Part shown: positions 47,846-60,999 of the stretch, piece after piece | Layout of the letters: each line of letters begins with the position of its first letter | How positions within the stretch are numbered: position 1 is the stretch's first letter | NCBI RefSeq assembly: GCF_006345805.1 | Contig: NC_042997.1 | Location: 82,770,001 to 82,834,000 of the forward strand | Source: Octopus sinensis | Taxonomy: Eukaryota | Direction: 5' to 3' | DNA: 64,000 nucleotides | Made by a program: the position numbers and the translations under genes | Notes under the pieces: generated by a model | What the model was told of the DNA's origin: nothing | What the model saw: only the letters and a program-made list of their open reading frames with translations | Databases searched by the model: none

Positions 47846-49666
47846 GTAAAGCATTTTTGGTGAAATAGCTAAAGATGCAGAATTGATTTTTAAAGTTAAC
47901 AGCCCTTCCATAGATCAATAGTTGTTGTTTAGCTTCAAGCCTGTTTTGATTGTGCTGAGGTATTCCAGCTGTAACCATTCCATCTTTCATTTAGTCAGTG
48001 TACATAGAACTATTTTATCCATACATCCTCCTTACCATTTTTAAGCAGGAAGGTGTGGTTGAAGGATATTTGGCTGCTATTTCAAGCAGTGTGAGTGACC
48101 ACAAAGAGACTCCCTTATTGGTTTATTACTTTGTAGTTTTTGAATTAAGATGATGCTGTTAGTTTGTAAAATATGAATTGAAGGAGATTTAGTTCTTATT
48201 TCTACAGGGTGGACAACTATATACAGTGCCCTTCAGCTTGTCTGATATAATGTTGAACTGTACAGTTAAGAGCTGAAACCTTGAAAATTTCACATGGCTC
48301 TTTTGGTTAAAAATATGTTACATCATAACTCAAAAACTTTTGAATTTTTTGAGATTCTTTGAGAAATTTTGAGATTTTGTGAATTATCCTAGAAACATTT
48401 TCTTTGAGGATATTTTGAAGTTTGTGAAGTTTATTAAGCTTTTAAGAAATTTTTCTTTAAGTATTTTTTCCTTTTTCTTTTTCTTTAAGCAATTTTAAAA
48501 ATTTCTTTAAAAAAGAAATTTCATAAAGAAAATATTATTTAAAGAAATTCTCTTAAGAACTTTCACCTTTTCTTGTCCTGTTCTTAATTGCTTTTTAACT
48601 TGTTTTAATTTCCCTTTAATTTATTCAGTTACAGTATTCTCTTCTTTTCTCTTCCTAGCCTCTCCTACTAACAGTATTGCCCTGTTGTCTTACTATACTA
48701 AATATATTATCATACATTGGCTCTATGTGAGGCTCTAATCTATGACATATGTATTTGTACATATATATATATATACAACTGGAACTCCATTGGCTATGAC
48801 AGCTTGCTGATAAAATTAATGTGCAAGTGGCTGAGCACTCCACAGACACATGTGCCCTTCACACTGTTCTCAGGGAAATTCAGTGTGACGCAGAATGTGA
48901 CAAAGCTGGTCTTGGATTACAGGTACAACTTAGAATTACAGGTACAATTCATTTTTGCCAGCTGAGTAGACTGGAACAATGTGAAATAAAGTGTCTTGCT
49001 CAAGGACACAACATACCACCAGGAATTGAATTCACAACCTTATGATTGTGAGTTGAATGCCCTAACCACCAAGCCATGTGCTTTCACAGTTGGGTCCTTA
49101 ACAGTAAAAGAGGGCAGCCGACTATATTGTGTTTGCTCAAAAAATTTGCACAGAAATTTGCACAAGTCACACATCTAGTTTGTGAAAAATTATGTATTTC
49201 TTTTGGTTAGGTACGAGGAAAATTTTGATGTGAGAAGGTTATAATTGAATGACTTTTATTCTGTTACATCCTAGTCGTCGTCGTCGTCGTCGGTGGTGGC
49301 GGCAGCGGCCCTGGGCATTACTGTCTCAAATCCCAGAGCTTATAGGACCAATTACCCAGCTTGCATGGTGTATAAGTGACCGAGATACACAACACTTCCC
49401 CTGAACAGGACACCAGTCTACCGCAGGCTTACTCATTCACAGCTGAGTGAACTGGAGCAATGTAAAGTGAAATGTTTTGCTCAAGAACCTTATGCACATC
49501 CTACTCTGGGAATCGAAACAATGATCTTGCAATTGTCAGTGCAACACACTAATCAATTGGCCATGCATCTTCATAATCTGTTACAGAAATTTATTTTATT
49601 GCTTGCTATGACGTTTATACAAAGGAGTGAAATAGAGTAACGTACTGCAAGAGACCTTAGTCTTAA

Positions 49667-50749
49667 CCCTTTCGTTACTATATTTCTGACCAAATTACAC
49701 CCCTTATGTGTTTCAATTAATTTCTAATGTAATCATAAATTTAGTCTGGTTTCATTAAACAACTATAACTTTTTTATTTATCGATATATTAATCTGATTT
49801 TTGGAAGATAATTTAATGAAATATTCTCAACCAATTCTATACTATAATTTTTGTCACAAAGTGACTCTAATTGCAGGTAGATACAGGTAAATTCAACAAA
49901 ATATAAAATTATTAAAATTTTGTTCAAACATTGCTATAGAAAATGGGTTATTAGCTAATATTCAATTGTGTATACAACAAAATTTTACGATAGAATTTGT
50001 TATTCTGGGTAACTTTCTGATACCCATAATAATATTTATGGCAAAATAGTCTTAATTTCATTTAAGGTTGTGGGAAACCACAAACTATCGTTTCTTTCGC
50101 TTTGTGTACGTTTAGCGTAACGGTTCGTTCCCGCCGTAATGATTTCAAATAGGCTCATTCGAAAAAGTAAATAGAAATAGTCTAAGGCTTTACCCTTCTG
50201 GGAAAATCTGTGGCTTGGTTCAGTTTCTTCAGAAAAATCACCGAAAGAAACAGTTTTAAAATTTTCACTCCATTCGGGTGCCAATTCATTTTCTTTATCG
50301 CTGTCGATCTCGGATTCACAGTTTTCACTTTCGGAAAATGAAACATCAGATTCATTATCAAATACCACATGCTTTTTTTTTTCAGTCATAGAGTTAGATT
50401 TATGAAGGTCTTCAGTAGAAAATCCTTCGAATTCTGACTTGCTGCTTGATATAATGAAATTCGTATCCATTTTTTGTCAGAATTACAAATTTTGAAAACA
50501 CAATAGGAACAAATTTCGGAAAAAAATCTCCCATAATTCACGGAATTAAAATTACACTTCGATTATTGTACAAAACTGTAGTTGAACTCTTTACGAAGTA
50601 TAAAACGTGTTTTCACGAATGTACTAAAGTGATTTGCTCTGATATTCTCATTTAAATATGAATAGGTAAATTCGGGCGGCTTTGGGCGGTTTGGTTTTAT
50701 TAACCAAAATTTTTTTCGGGCGGCTTTGGGCGGTTTGGTAACGAAAGGG
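49667..50749 (-). mobile_element. Internally deleted piggyBac element
   Basis: TTAA at 49663-66 and 50750-53; 12-bp TIR ccctttcgttac/gtaacgaaaggg; ORF 50036..50470 has an acidic N-terminus then ALDYFYLLF..LFEIITAGTNRYA...WFPTTLNEIK. Confidence 0.88.
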
Positions 50750-50789
50750 TTAATGACTTTCTAAAGTATTATAGATTTATTCTTTTTAG

Positions 50790-50897
50790 GTGGAACAGCT
50801 TCAGTTGTCTCTGGAACATCAAAAAGTTGATATGATGAAGTCTTCAGCAGAATTGGAAGCAGATATTCGGAAAACACATGAACATTATCAAGACGAG
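50790..50897 (+). CDS. CEP162: CEP162 exon (VEQLQLSLEHQKVDMMKSSAELEADIRKTHEHYQDE), phase 0-0
   Basis: TTCTTTTTAG acceptor, GTAATT donor at 50898. Confidence 0.85.
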
Positions 50898-51433
50898 GTA
50901 ATTACCAATGTTTATAGTACATCACATACAAGCTCACTCAAACATATATGTACACATGTGTGTGTGTGTGTGTGTTTTAGATGAATACACACATGCATAT
51001 ATGTGTGTTCATTTTTGTTCTGTGTTCATTTCACACTTGTTTTTCCATACCAACACTGGTTAGGTGAATGTTATTGTGGCATTGTTTTACAGCCGGATGC
51101 CCTTCTCATTGCTAACTCTTATCTGTTTCTCAAGTATCCCCTATTCTACATGGCTTCAGAGGTGTGAACTGAGCAGATGATTTGTTGACAAGAGAACAGA
51201 CAAAAACAACACTACTTGCCACACATTTCTTCCAGTTTCATTCAGTTTGGATGTCCTTCTTAGATCCTTTATTCCACACAGCTTCAAAGGTATGAAACAA
51301 GTGCACAGTTTACTGATTGGACAATGATAACAACAATGATACCTGTTGCAACTTTTGTATAGGTGATTGCAGAGTTTAAAAAACACACAGACATGCATGC
51401 TCACACACTGACACATACATACCTGTATATATA

Positions 51434-52486
51434 CAGTATGCAGTGAATAAATTGTTGCCTAAATTACACAGAAATGAAAATAACACTGACATCTCATTTT
51501 AACAAATATATTTACCAAAATTACATAAAAATATATTGAAATACTGAAAAGTAAATTTATTCAATAAAATCGCCATTGGCTTCAACCATGGCCTCCAGAC
51601 GACTTCGGAATCTTCTTCAACTCTTCTGGACAGTCTCCTTGTTTAAGTTGGTGAATACTGCCATAATCCATTTTTCCAGTTTGTCTTTGGTGTTACAAGG
51701 AGTTTTGTTGGTCTCTTGCTCAGCTGCATCCCACACACTCTGTGTTGAGTCTGAAGCTATGTGGAAAGATGAATGGAAGCATAACATCACTCACACTAGT
51801 GATCATTCCAAACACCATGATGTTGACTGGATGTTTGATTAGTATCACTCTCGGTCCATGTTTTGGGGACACAACAAGCCAACGGTTGTTCTGTGTGTTC
51901 ACCATCTGATCCTGGCAGAATTTTTTCTCTTCTGAGAAAAACCAAAACCTGTTCAGTTAGAGGGGATGTTTGAGTTTGTTCAGAAGCTTTGTAGCATTGT
52001 CTTTCCTCTTGTCCTTGATAGCTTGGAATAAAAATTTCTCATCTTATGTTAGGAATACTGAATGTCTTCATGCACTACCAGCCTGATAAGGAACTCAGAC
52101 ACTCCTATGTCCCTGGCAGTGGACCTGATTGACTTGGAAGGATTGTTGTCAATCATGGTCTGGATCTCACTACAATTTCAGGAGTTCTTTTCTTATCAGA
52201 ATGATCAGAGTGTGTTTTCTGAGCTGCTGTACCTTTGTAATTATCATTAGACTTATCCTACTATTTCCAAATCCTCTGCACTGTTTTGGAGCTTCTGGTG
52301 TGAATGCCAAGCAGTACATCACGTCGTTTCCAAATTCCTGGCAGAGTGAATTGCGTCATGGTGCTGTTTTTCTCACAGATGGTGCCCAACTGACTCTACT
52401 ATACTGTGTAATTGACAGAATCAAAAACAATGTGCATGCACGAAATTAAAAAGATAAAATGGTGACAATTTACCCATTATACTCTG
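51434..52486 (-). mobile_element. Internally deleted maT (DD37D, Bmmar1-like) transposon
   Basis: TA flanks and degenerate TIRs; minus frames give FSEEKKFCQDQMVNTQNNRW...KHPVNIMVFGMI and CNTKDKLEKWI...CRRFRSRLEAMVEANGDFIE*. Confidence 0.75.
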
Positions 52487-53167
52487 TATATATATTTAGA
52501 TGTGTGTGTGTGTATATATATATATATGTGTTTGTGTGCATATATATATATATGTTAGTAATGGTAAGACAACGAAAGAATGAATGAGACCTCGGTATTA
52601 TGTAAATAGAGGAATTTATCAGTAATTATATTACAGATATATACACACACACACACCCACATATATATTAATGGAGCATAAGTGCAAAGCAGTGTTTAGG
52701 TATGAGTAGAATTTAGGTTAGTTGAAATCTGTTTGTCACATATTTAAACTGCTAAAGGCAAATACACTGCAGGTATTGTGGAGAAAAAAATCTCTCTTAA
52801 AGTAAAATGGTGTGAAAACGGTAAAAAATCAAACTGTTCAAACCACAAAAAGTCCAATAGCAGTTGTTTCCAACAAAAATTTCTGAATTTTCTGCCCCAC
52901 AGGGCAAAAATGGAAGTTCACAGATTAACAGAAGTTCAAATTTCAACAGGTACAACAAACAGTGCAATAACAAAGAAACATTAGATAATAACAGATAGAA
53001 CTCACAAACAAGCAACAGCCAAAGGGAGATGTAGCTAAGAGGTGATTCTTTATTATGAATATTTACATTCGAACATTGAAAGGACAATACAGGACATTAC
53101 AAAACATTTAAAGATGGCTTGGTGAGCTTATTTGATGACTTTAAAAATATTTTATATATATATATAT

Positions 53168-53660
53168 ATCATCATCATCATCATCATCATTTAACGTCTG
53201 CTTTCCATGCTAGCATGGGTTGGACAATTTGACTGAGGACTGGCAAATCAGATGGCTGCACCAGGCTCCAATCTGATCTAGCAGAGTTTCTACAGCTGGA
53301 TGCCCTTCCTAATGTCAACCACTCCGAAAGTGTAGTGGGTGCTTTTATGTGCCACTGACATGAGGGCCAGTCTGACAGTACTGGCAACAGCTACGCTCAA
53401 ATGGTGTTTTTTATGCCACCTGCACGGGAGTCAGTCCAGCGACACTGACAACGACCTCGCTCGAATGTTTTGTTCACATGCCACCGGCATAGGTGCCAGT
53501 AAGGCGATGCTGTTAATGATCATGCTCAAATGGTGCTTTTTACGTGCCACCAGCACGGAAGCCAGACAGCTGCTCTGGCAGTGATCCTGCTCAGATGGAG
53601 CTGTTAGCGCTCCACTGGCATGGGTGCCAGTCATCGAATTTGGTTCAATTTCAATTTCGA
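53168..53660 (-). mobile_element. RTE 3'UTR / SINE copy with VNTR
   Basis: Same tail; its 5' part matches 22105-22200. Confidence 0.8.
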
Positions 53661-54404
53661 AATCGTATATATACAATTAAAATGACTTATGTTAAATACA
53701 AGTTGAATTTATTGGGTGTTTTTATTATTGATTTCTGTCTGTCATACAGTGAAAATATGAGTCTTTTGAGTCTGCCAATGACTTGATAATTGTTTGTCAC
53801 TGCTGGGATCACAAACTTATGATTTCAAAGTGTCAGGACAATTGCATAGCTAAACATCCAGTTATTCGTATTTTGTTGTTTGATCCTATAGCAGATCTGA
53901 TCAATTAGAGTTATGTTCTGAGCTTTCCAGCCATGGCTATTCTTTCTGTTTTCAGATAATGTATCTAGGTGTACATTAACCAATTTGCCTTTTTTCCATA
54001 GATGGTAAGGTGTGGTTTTAGGGAAACTAGGGTGCTTTTTTTAGCAACTTAAGATACCTTGTAGAGGCTCTTACTGTTGGCTTGTTCGATTAATTTTGTG
54101 TGTTTTTTTGCGGGGGTAATGTGGAGTGACACAAGATCTTAGTAAGCATTTTGATTTCTAGCTGGATCTCCAAGAAGAAAGTTTGAAGTTAGACATGTCT
54201 TCTACTAATGAAATCCAGATGATTAATCATCATGTGGGGAGAATTAGTAACGAAGAAAATGTTGAGTTGTGATGCTATTTATCATATTTGAATGTGACAA
54301 ATATTGATTGTTGATAGCAATGACTGAGAGAGAAAGAGAGAGATAGAGAAGGAGAGGGAGAGAGGGGGTAGAAAGAAGGGAAAGAAAGAGAGAAGTGAGT
54401 GAGA

Positions 54405-54975
54405 GGATATTTTTGTCCTTTACTTGTTTCAGTCATGGAACTGTGGCCATGCTGGGGCACAGCCTTGAAGGGTTTAGTCAAACAAATAACTCATAGTACT
54501 TATTTTTTTAATCCCAGTACTTATTCTGTCAGTATCTTTTGCTGAGCCATTAAGTTATGGCAACACGAACAAACCAACACCATTGTCAAGAGGTGGATGG
54601 GGAACAAACTCAAGCAAAGACACTCACTCACTCACTCATGCACAAATGCATGCACACACACATGCATGCACACACACACACACACACATACATACAACGG
54701 GATTCTTCCAGTTTCCATCTACCAATTTGGTCAGCTTGAGGGCATGGTAAAAAACTCTTGTATGGTAAGAACCTTGCTTCCCAACCACACAGCTCTGCTT
54801 GACAATTGGTGTTGGTGTGCTTACATTGCCATAACTGAGCAGTTCAGCAAAAGAGACTGATAGAATAAGATCTAGGATTGAAAAAAAATTCCTGTGGTTG
54901 ATTTGTTCAACAAAAAACCCTTCAAGGCAGTACCCCAGGATGGCCACAGTCAAATGACTGAAAAAAGTAAAAGAT
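54405..54975. mobile_element. Two tRNA-headed SINE copies in opposite orientation
   Basis: Minus copy about 54405-54800 and a plus-strand 3' half about 54800-54975. Confidence 0.7.
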
Positions 54976-54982
54976 ATATATA

Positions 54983-56023
54983 CATGGGGAAGTCAAAAAT
55001 TATCTGTACTTTCACCATAACATATCTTTATTATTGCCACACTGCCTTCTGCGCATGTTTGCTTATAGTTGGTACTATTGTGGTCATGTGATCGAAGTTT
55101 GAGCCTGGTCATGCCATTTTTCTTTCTGGCTTTACAGTGTAAGCATGGCCACTTCACCAGCAGTGTGCACCAAAGAAAAACAAAGGGGCATGGTTCTGTC
55201 TGTCAAATCATTCACGATCAGCTCAACTTCCATAAAGTCTGTGCAAGATGGGTGCCAAGAGAGCTTACTGTAGAGCATAAGTGCAAATGTCTTGAGGTCT
55301 GTCAACATTTACTTGATCGCTACAACTATGAGGGTGAGGAATTTTTATGCAGAATTGTCACGAGAGATGAAATGTGGGCCCAGCATTAGGAGGCCGAATC
55401 CAAAAGGCAGAGTATGAAGTGGAAACCTCCTGGCTTGCCAGCAATGAAGAAATTCAAGACTCAGTCTTCTGCAGAAAAGGTGATGTTAACCCTGTTTCAG
55501 GACTCAAAAGGGCTTATACTGGAAGTTTAACTGGAAAAGGGGTGTATGATCAACTGTGCAAGATACAGTGCTTTGCTGGCCAACAAACTGAAGCCAGCAA
55601 TTAGCACTGAATGCTGAAGCCTATTGTCGAAGAAAGTTTTGTTGCTGCATGACAATGCACACCCACACATGGCCACTCAGACCATTGAAACCATTAACCA
55701 ATTGGGTTTTGATGTGTTGGAACACTCTGCCTACAGCCCAGATCTCACCCTTTCTGACTGTCTCATATTTGGACTGTTGAAAGATGGTTTATGAGGTTGT
55801 CGATTTCCTACAGATGAAGATGTGAAAGAGGTGGTGCATAAATGGTTGCACAACAAACTGGAAACTTTCTTCTTGGAGGGAATACGCAAGCTTGTGGACC
55901 CCTAGACCAAGTGCATCGAAAAGGAAGGAGACTATATAGAAAAATGACATACTTGTTTATACCCTGCTTTTGTGTATAAACACTGAAAAAGTAAGAGTGC
56001 GTATAATTTTTGACTCTCCCTTG
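54983..56023 (+). mobile_element. Decayed mariner (DD34D) transposon
   Basis: TA on both sides; TIRs catggggaagtcaaaaattat / ataatttttgactctcccttg; KVCARWVPRELT, IVTRDEMW, LLHDNAHPH, HSAYSPDLTLSD. Confidence 0.9.
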
Positions 56024-56264
56024 TATATATGTATGTGTGTGTATATATATTATAATTATCATCATTTAACGTCCATTTTCCAGGCTAGTATGGGTTGAAC
56101 AGTTTGACAGGAGCTGGCAAGTCAGAAAGCTGCACCAGGCTCCAGGTGTCTGTTTTGGTGTGGTTTCTATGGCTGCACTTTACAGAATGTACTTGGTGGT
56201 ACCTTTTTACATCACACAGCTACATTCTGTAACGTGCAGCCATAGAAACCACACCAAAACAGAG

Positions 56265-56650
56265 GAATCAGAAAATTCACATCGTGAATGTTCCGAAAGA
56301 GTTTGACCCGGGCATAAAAACAAAAAAAAAATAGTGTAATAGGTGTAAAACAACTTACTCTATATGAATATGACAAAAAATGCGCGCTCACGAAGGGAGG
56401 TGGGGGAGAGGACTCGGAAAATTCACATTGTGAATGTTCCAAAAGCATTTGACCTGAGCACAAAAAAAAAAAAAATAGTGTAATAGGTGTAAAACAACTT
56501 GCTCTATATGAATATGACAAAAAATGCACGCTCACGAAGGGAGGTGGGGGAGAGGACTCAGAAAATTCACATTGTGAATGTTCCAAAAGCATTTGACCTG
56601 GGCACAAAAAAAAAAAAAAAAAGTGTAATAGGTGTAAAACAACTTGCTCT
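56265..56650. repeat. About 145-bp tandem repeat, 2.7 copies
   Basis: gaaaattcac recurs at 56271, 56417 and 56561. Confidence 0.9.
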
Positions 56651-57204
56651 AAACAAATATGGTGTTTTTTAATCACACCAGTACTGATGCCTTTTATGTG
56701 ACACTAGCACAGGTACTTTTTATGTGGCATCAGCACTAGTGGGTTTGCGAAATAACTTGCATGACAAAGACCTCTTATTTGAGAGAGGGAATGGAACCGA
56801 GAGAATGGTCTGTGTGTTAGGTGAGCAGTTAGAGTATGATAGAGGGACAGGGAGAATTGTGTTACTGTAGAGGAGGTACTTGGCTACTCCAGTAGGACAA
56901 GGAAGGAAAAGGAAGGTGGGAGAGAGTTAGAAAGCTAGAGAGACAGTCAGAGTGAGAGAGAGAGAGAGAGATGGTATTGGAGATGTAATGGGACCTGCTC
57001 ACAGTGAATAGTGGGGGGGGGGTGTTGGTATAAGGTATACAAAAAGAATAGAGGTGCCTGTTTCATAAGAGTGTGAGGAGATATGTTTATGGATGGGGGA
57101 AGATATGACTGTAGCAAGTATCTAACCAGAGGCAGTAAATTTGCCACAATAGAAGCAAGGTTTGAGTCAACGGAGTGTGCAAGAGAGTACTCGACTCGAA
57201 CCTT

Positions 57205-57549
57205 GCAAAGTGGAAATATTTTATTTTTACCTTTATATCTGGGACATAGGATGTCCCAGATAAAAATTAAAAATGTCCCCCCAGGAGTAGAGGTAGGCTG
57301 GATTGTAGCCACACTTCTATACAAGAGGGAGGACAAGATACAATTGATTGAAATTGCAAGACGGGCCTATAATTCCAATCTGTTATATATTTTGAGTATT
57401 GTTATCACTAGCGATATCAAGATATAACTTTGTATTTTATGTGTAGATGTATATATATAGATGTACATGTAATATGTACACATATATATATATACACATA
57501 TATACATGCACTACCACTATGACCCGGCAACGCCGGGTCATAATGCTAG
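57205..57549 (+). mobile_element. Helitron 3' portion
   Basis: Perfect hairpin tatgacccggc-aac-gccgggtcata followed by CTAG|T; the 5' boundary is approximate. Confidence 0.7.
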
Positions 57550-57653
57550 TATATATTAAGAGGGAGAGAAAGAGAGAGAGAGAGAGTGTGTGTGTGTGTG
57601 TGTATGTGTGTGTTGATTTGTTGATCACACCTTTTTGTTTGTCTTTTGTCCAG

Positions 57654-57770
57654 ATCAACACTTTGAGAATTTCTCACCAGAAAGAACTTCACAAAATTCT
57701 AACAGAACAAGCTTTGAAGAATTCCACCAGTTCTTCTGTGCAACTTCAGTGTAAAGTTGATGCCCAGCAG
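57654..57770 (+). CDS. CEP162: CEP162 exon (INTLRISHQKELHKILTEQALKNSTSSSVQLQCKVDAQQ), phase 0-0
   Basis: TTTTGTCCAG acceptor, GTAATT donor at 57771; like recalled HQREIEKLLCQNAVENSSSKVAELNRKIATQE. Confidence 0.9.
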
Positions 57771-58276
57771 GTAATTGTATACAACTTAGAAAGAAAAATT
57801 TTTCATTTGTTGGTTGTTATTCAGATAATTTGTTGCGATTCGAAATGACTGGCTCAAGGAAATCTATTGAACGAATGACATTAATTTACAAGAAAGCTGG
57901 AACACAAGGGTGTTGTGTTGTTATTTAGCCTTAGGTCCACCCTGTATGAGAAGTCATTTGATCAAAGGCATTCCAGCTATGACCATCTTATCCTTCTCTT
58001 GGCCATTGCATGTCTAGGGCTGCATTATCCAATGTGTGCTTTCCTTTTCAATATGATTAGATTTTACTACCTTTTCTAGTAAATTGACTATGTAGAAGCT
58101 TCTTTGCCAGAGGTATTGAAGAGATAGCAATGCTGATATGACTGAACATATGATGTGATTGGACAATATCATCATCATTATCTTCATCTTTTAACATCTG
58201 TCTTCTGTGCTAGCATGGGTTGGACAGTTTGACAGGAACTGGCAAGCTGGAGAGCTTATATATATATATATATATT

Positions 58277-58309
<33 letters not shown>

Positions 58310-58310
<1 letters not shown>

Positions 58311-58633
58311 GGTTATGAGAGATAATGGTGTCAAGAAGACTCAAAGGTGTCAGGTAATGCTGAGTAACTGCTATGGTTCAGTGATTATGTGAATGAGGAG
58401 TCCAACGTAGGTCATATATCAGCATGTGTATGTATAAAAAAATTAACAGAATGAGATAAAAATCCAAGGCTATGAAAGATTTCAGAACATTTATAAATAG
58501 AAAGTCTTACACTGTCTCCGATTAAGGGATATATAAAATATCCCGGAAACAGCAGTAAGACCTTCTATTTATAAATGTTCTGAAAGCTTTCATAGCCTTG
58601 GATTTTTATCTCATTCTGTTAATTTTTTTTTAT
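58310..58633. mobile_element. (TA)n-flanked hairpin element, arms 58433-58510 / 58555-58633
   Basis: About 78-bp arms with two mismatches seen; hammerhead-like centre. Confidence 0.7.
58514..58561 (+). ncRNA. Decayed hammerhead-like motif in the loop of a hairpin element
   Basis: GTCT CCGATTA a GGGATAT-ataaa-ATATCCC g GAAAC AGCA GTA AGAC; the core differs from CTGANGA at two positions. Confidence 0.45.
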
Positions 58634-58887
58634 ATATATATAAATATTAAAGGAAATAGAGAAATACAATTGACATATGAAAAATTTATTTACATTATAA
58701 TATAATTATACTATGAAAAGATATAATATAATATAATATATGATATAATATAATATAACAAATAGTTAAAACTATATATAAACTGTTGCTTTTAATGTCA
58801 TGTGACATCTGTGTACTAACATTTAGCTTTTATTTGTTTATGTTTCATTTTTGTTTTTTTAAGCAATTTACATATCTAAATTTACAG

Positions 58888-59037
58888 GTGTTAATAGACC
58901 ATCTCCAAGAACAACTTAGAAATGCTCAGGTGGATGCTGAAAAGTTGTCTGAACTTAAAGTACGTGAAGTCGTATTAGAGGCTCACATACAGCAGTTGCA
59001 GGATGAATTAGCTGAAGCAAAAAGCACACATTCTCCA
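58888..59037 (+). CDS. CEP162: CEP162 exon (VLIDHLQEQLRN...LAEAKSTHSP), phase 0-0
   Basis: TTTACAG acceptor, GTAAGT donor at 59038; like recalled VLIRHFQ...ELREAKENHTP. Confidence 0.9.
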
Positions 59038-59736
59038 GTAAGTTCGGTTCATTAATGAATTAAAGGTTAAGGTTGCTGAACATGATATAATCTTTTCTAC
59101 CCTAGGCACAAGGCACAAAATTTTTGTGGAGTTGGGGGGCAAATCAATTAGATCGAACTCAGTACACAACTGGTACTTAATTTATCAACCCCAAAAGGAT
59201 GAAAGGCAAAGTCGACCTCGATGGAATTTGACCTCAGAATGTAAAGACAGACGAAATATCGCTAAGCATTTTGCCCAGTGTGCTAACGTTTCTATCAGCT
59301 CAATGCCTTAACATGGAATAAGGACCAAAGGAGTGATAATTTCAAATCTTTTATCTTTTTTGTTTATCTCTTACTTGTTTTAGTCATTGGATTGCGGCCA
59401 TGCTGGGGTACTGTTTTGGAGAATTTTGGTTCAACAAATTGACCTCAATACTTATTTTCAAGTCTTGTACTTATTTAATCAATCTCTGTGGCCAAACTGC
59501 TAAGTTACAGGGATGTAAACAAACCAACACCTGCTGTCAAGTAGTGGGGTGGGGCGCACATACACAGAGACAAAGACACGGATGAACACCATTCCTCCAT
59601 GTGATCAGCTTGAAAAATTGTTAAGATATTAAGATATTTTTCTTAATATGAAATCAATGGTAGCTTTAATACACTAATAAAGAAATTTTATCCACCATTG
59701 TCGTGTTGAGTACTCATTCTCATTGTTCAACATTTA

Positions 59737-59798
<62 letters not shown>

Positions 59799-60016
59799 CC
59801 ATTCATATATATAACTGGCACTCTGTTGGTTCTGACGACGAGGGTTCCAGTTTATTTGATCAATGGAACAGCTTGCTTGTGAAATTAATATGCAAGTGGC
59901 TGAGCACTCCACAGACATGTGTACCCTTAATGTAGTTCTCAGGGAGATTCAGCATGACACAGAGTGTGGTAAGGCTGGCCTTTTAAAATACAGGTACTAC
60001 TCAATTTATCATTATA

Positions 60017-60400
60017 CTAGCAGTATCGCCCGGCGTTGCTCAGGTTTGTAAGGGAAATAACTATAAAGCATTTTTAGAGAGTTATAGCCAAAAAATAGCA
60101 AAAAAATGGAAAAAAAATGATGGTAAATTTTTTTTGAGAGTTAAAAAAGGTGGAGTTGCGTCCCCTAGACGGTCTGTGGTTTGGGTCTCTGATTCTCGAC
60201 CCCATGTCGAATTTATCGATTTTTTTCAGAACTGGGGGAACTTTTCAAAATTTTCGCTGCGTTAGTTTTGAATTATGACATTGGGCTATGTGTGTGTCAA
60301 GTTTCATCAGAATCGGTTGAAAGCCGTGGTCAGAGTGAGGGTACAAGAAAACAGACACACAGAAAACGCACAGACAAACTGCCGTTTATATAGAGAGAGA
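60017..60400 (-). mobile_element. Non-autonomous Helitron (family H1), inverted copy of 10310..10697
   Basis: The reverse complement aligns end to end with 10310..10697 and has the same TC...CTAG termini at an AT site. Confidence 0.85.
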
Positions 60401-60999
60401 TACTTATATATGTATGCATGCATACATACATGCATACATGCATACATACACACACACATACATATATACATACATACATACACACACACACACATGCATA
60501 CATACATACATACATACATACATACATACATCTGTTTTTGTGTGTGTCTTTGTGTCTGTGTTTGTTCTCCATCATCACTTGACATCTAGTCCTGGTGTGT
60601 TTACGTCCCTGTAACTTAGCGGTTCAGTAAAAGAGGCTGATAGAATAGGTAGTAGGCCTAAAAATAATAAGTAAGTCCTGGGGTTGATTTGTTCTATCAA
60701 AACCCTTCAAGGTGGTGCCCCAGCATGGCCACGGTCAAATGGTTGAAACAAATAAAAGATAAATGATATGTGCATTGTTTTAGTGGGTGCCTGCATATAC
60801 TTGAATGTGTATAATTTACTGTGGTCGTATCAGCCATAGCTCTGCGCCCTCATCTTGCTTGCCACTTGAGTAACTGTATTATAAGAAAAACAGTTTGTAT
60901 ATCAAAGAAGGTACAAGTGGAATCAGTGTTTTTATAGCTGGTTGCCATTACTGATGCTAGTTAAAAGATAGTAATTTTTTTTATTTTTTGCTGTCACCC

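Noticed and set aside
56947-57427. Overlapping 129-aa and 114-aa ORFs
   Set aside because: They have no splice signals in phase with CEP162 and no motif, and they overlap a Helitron remnant.
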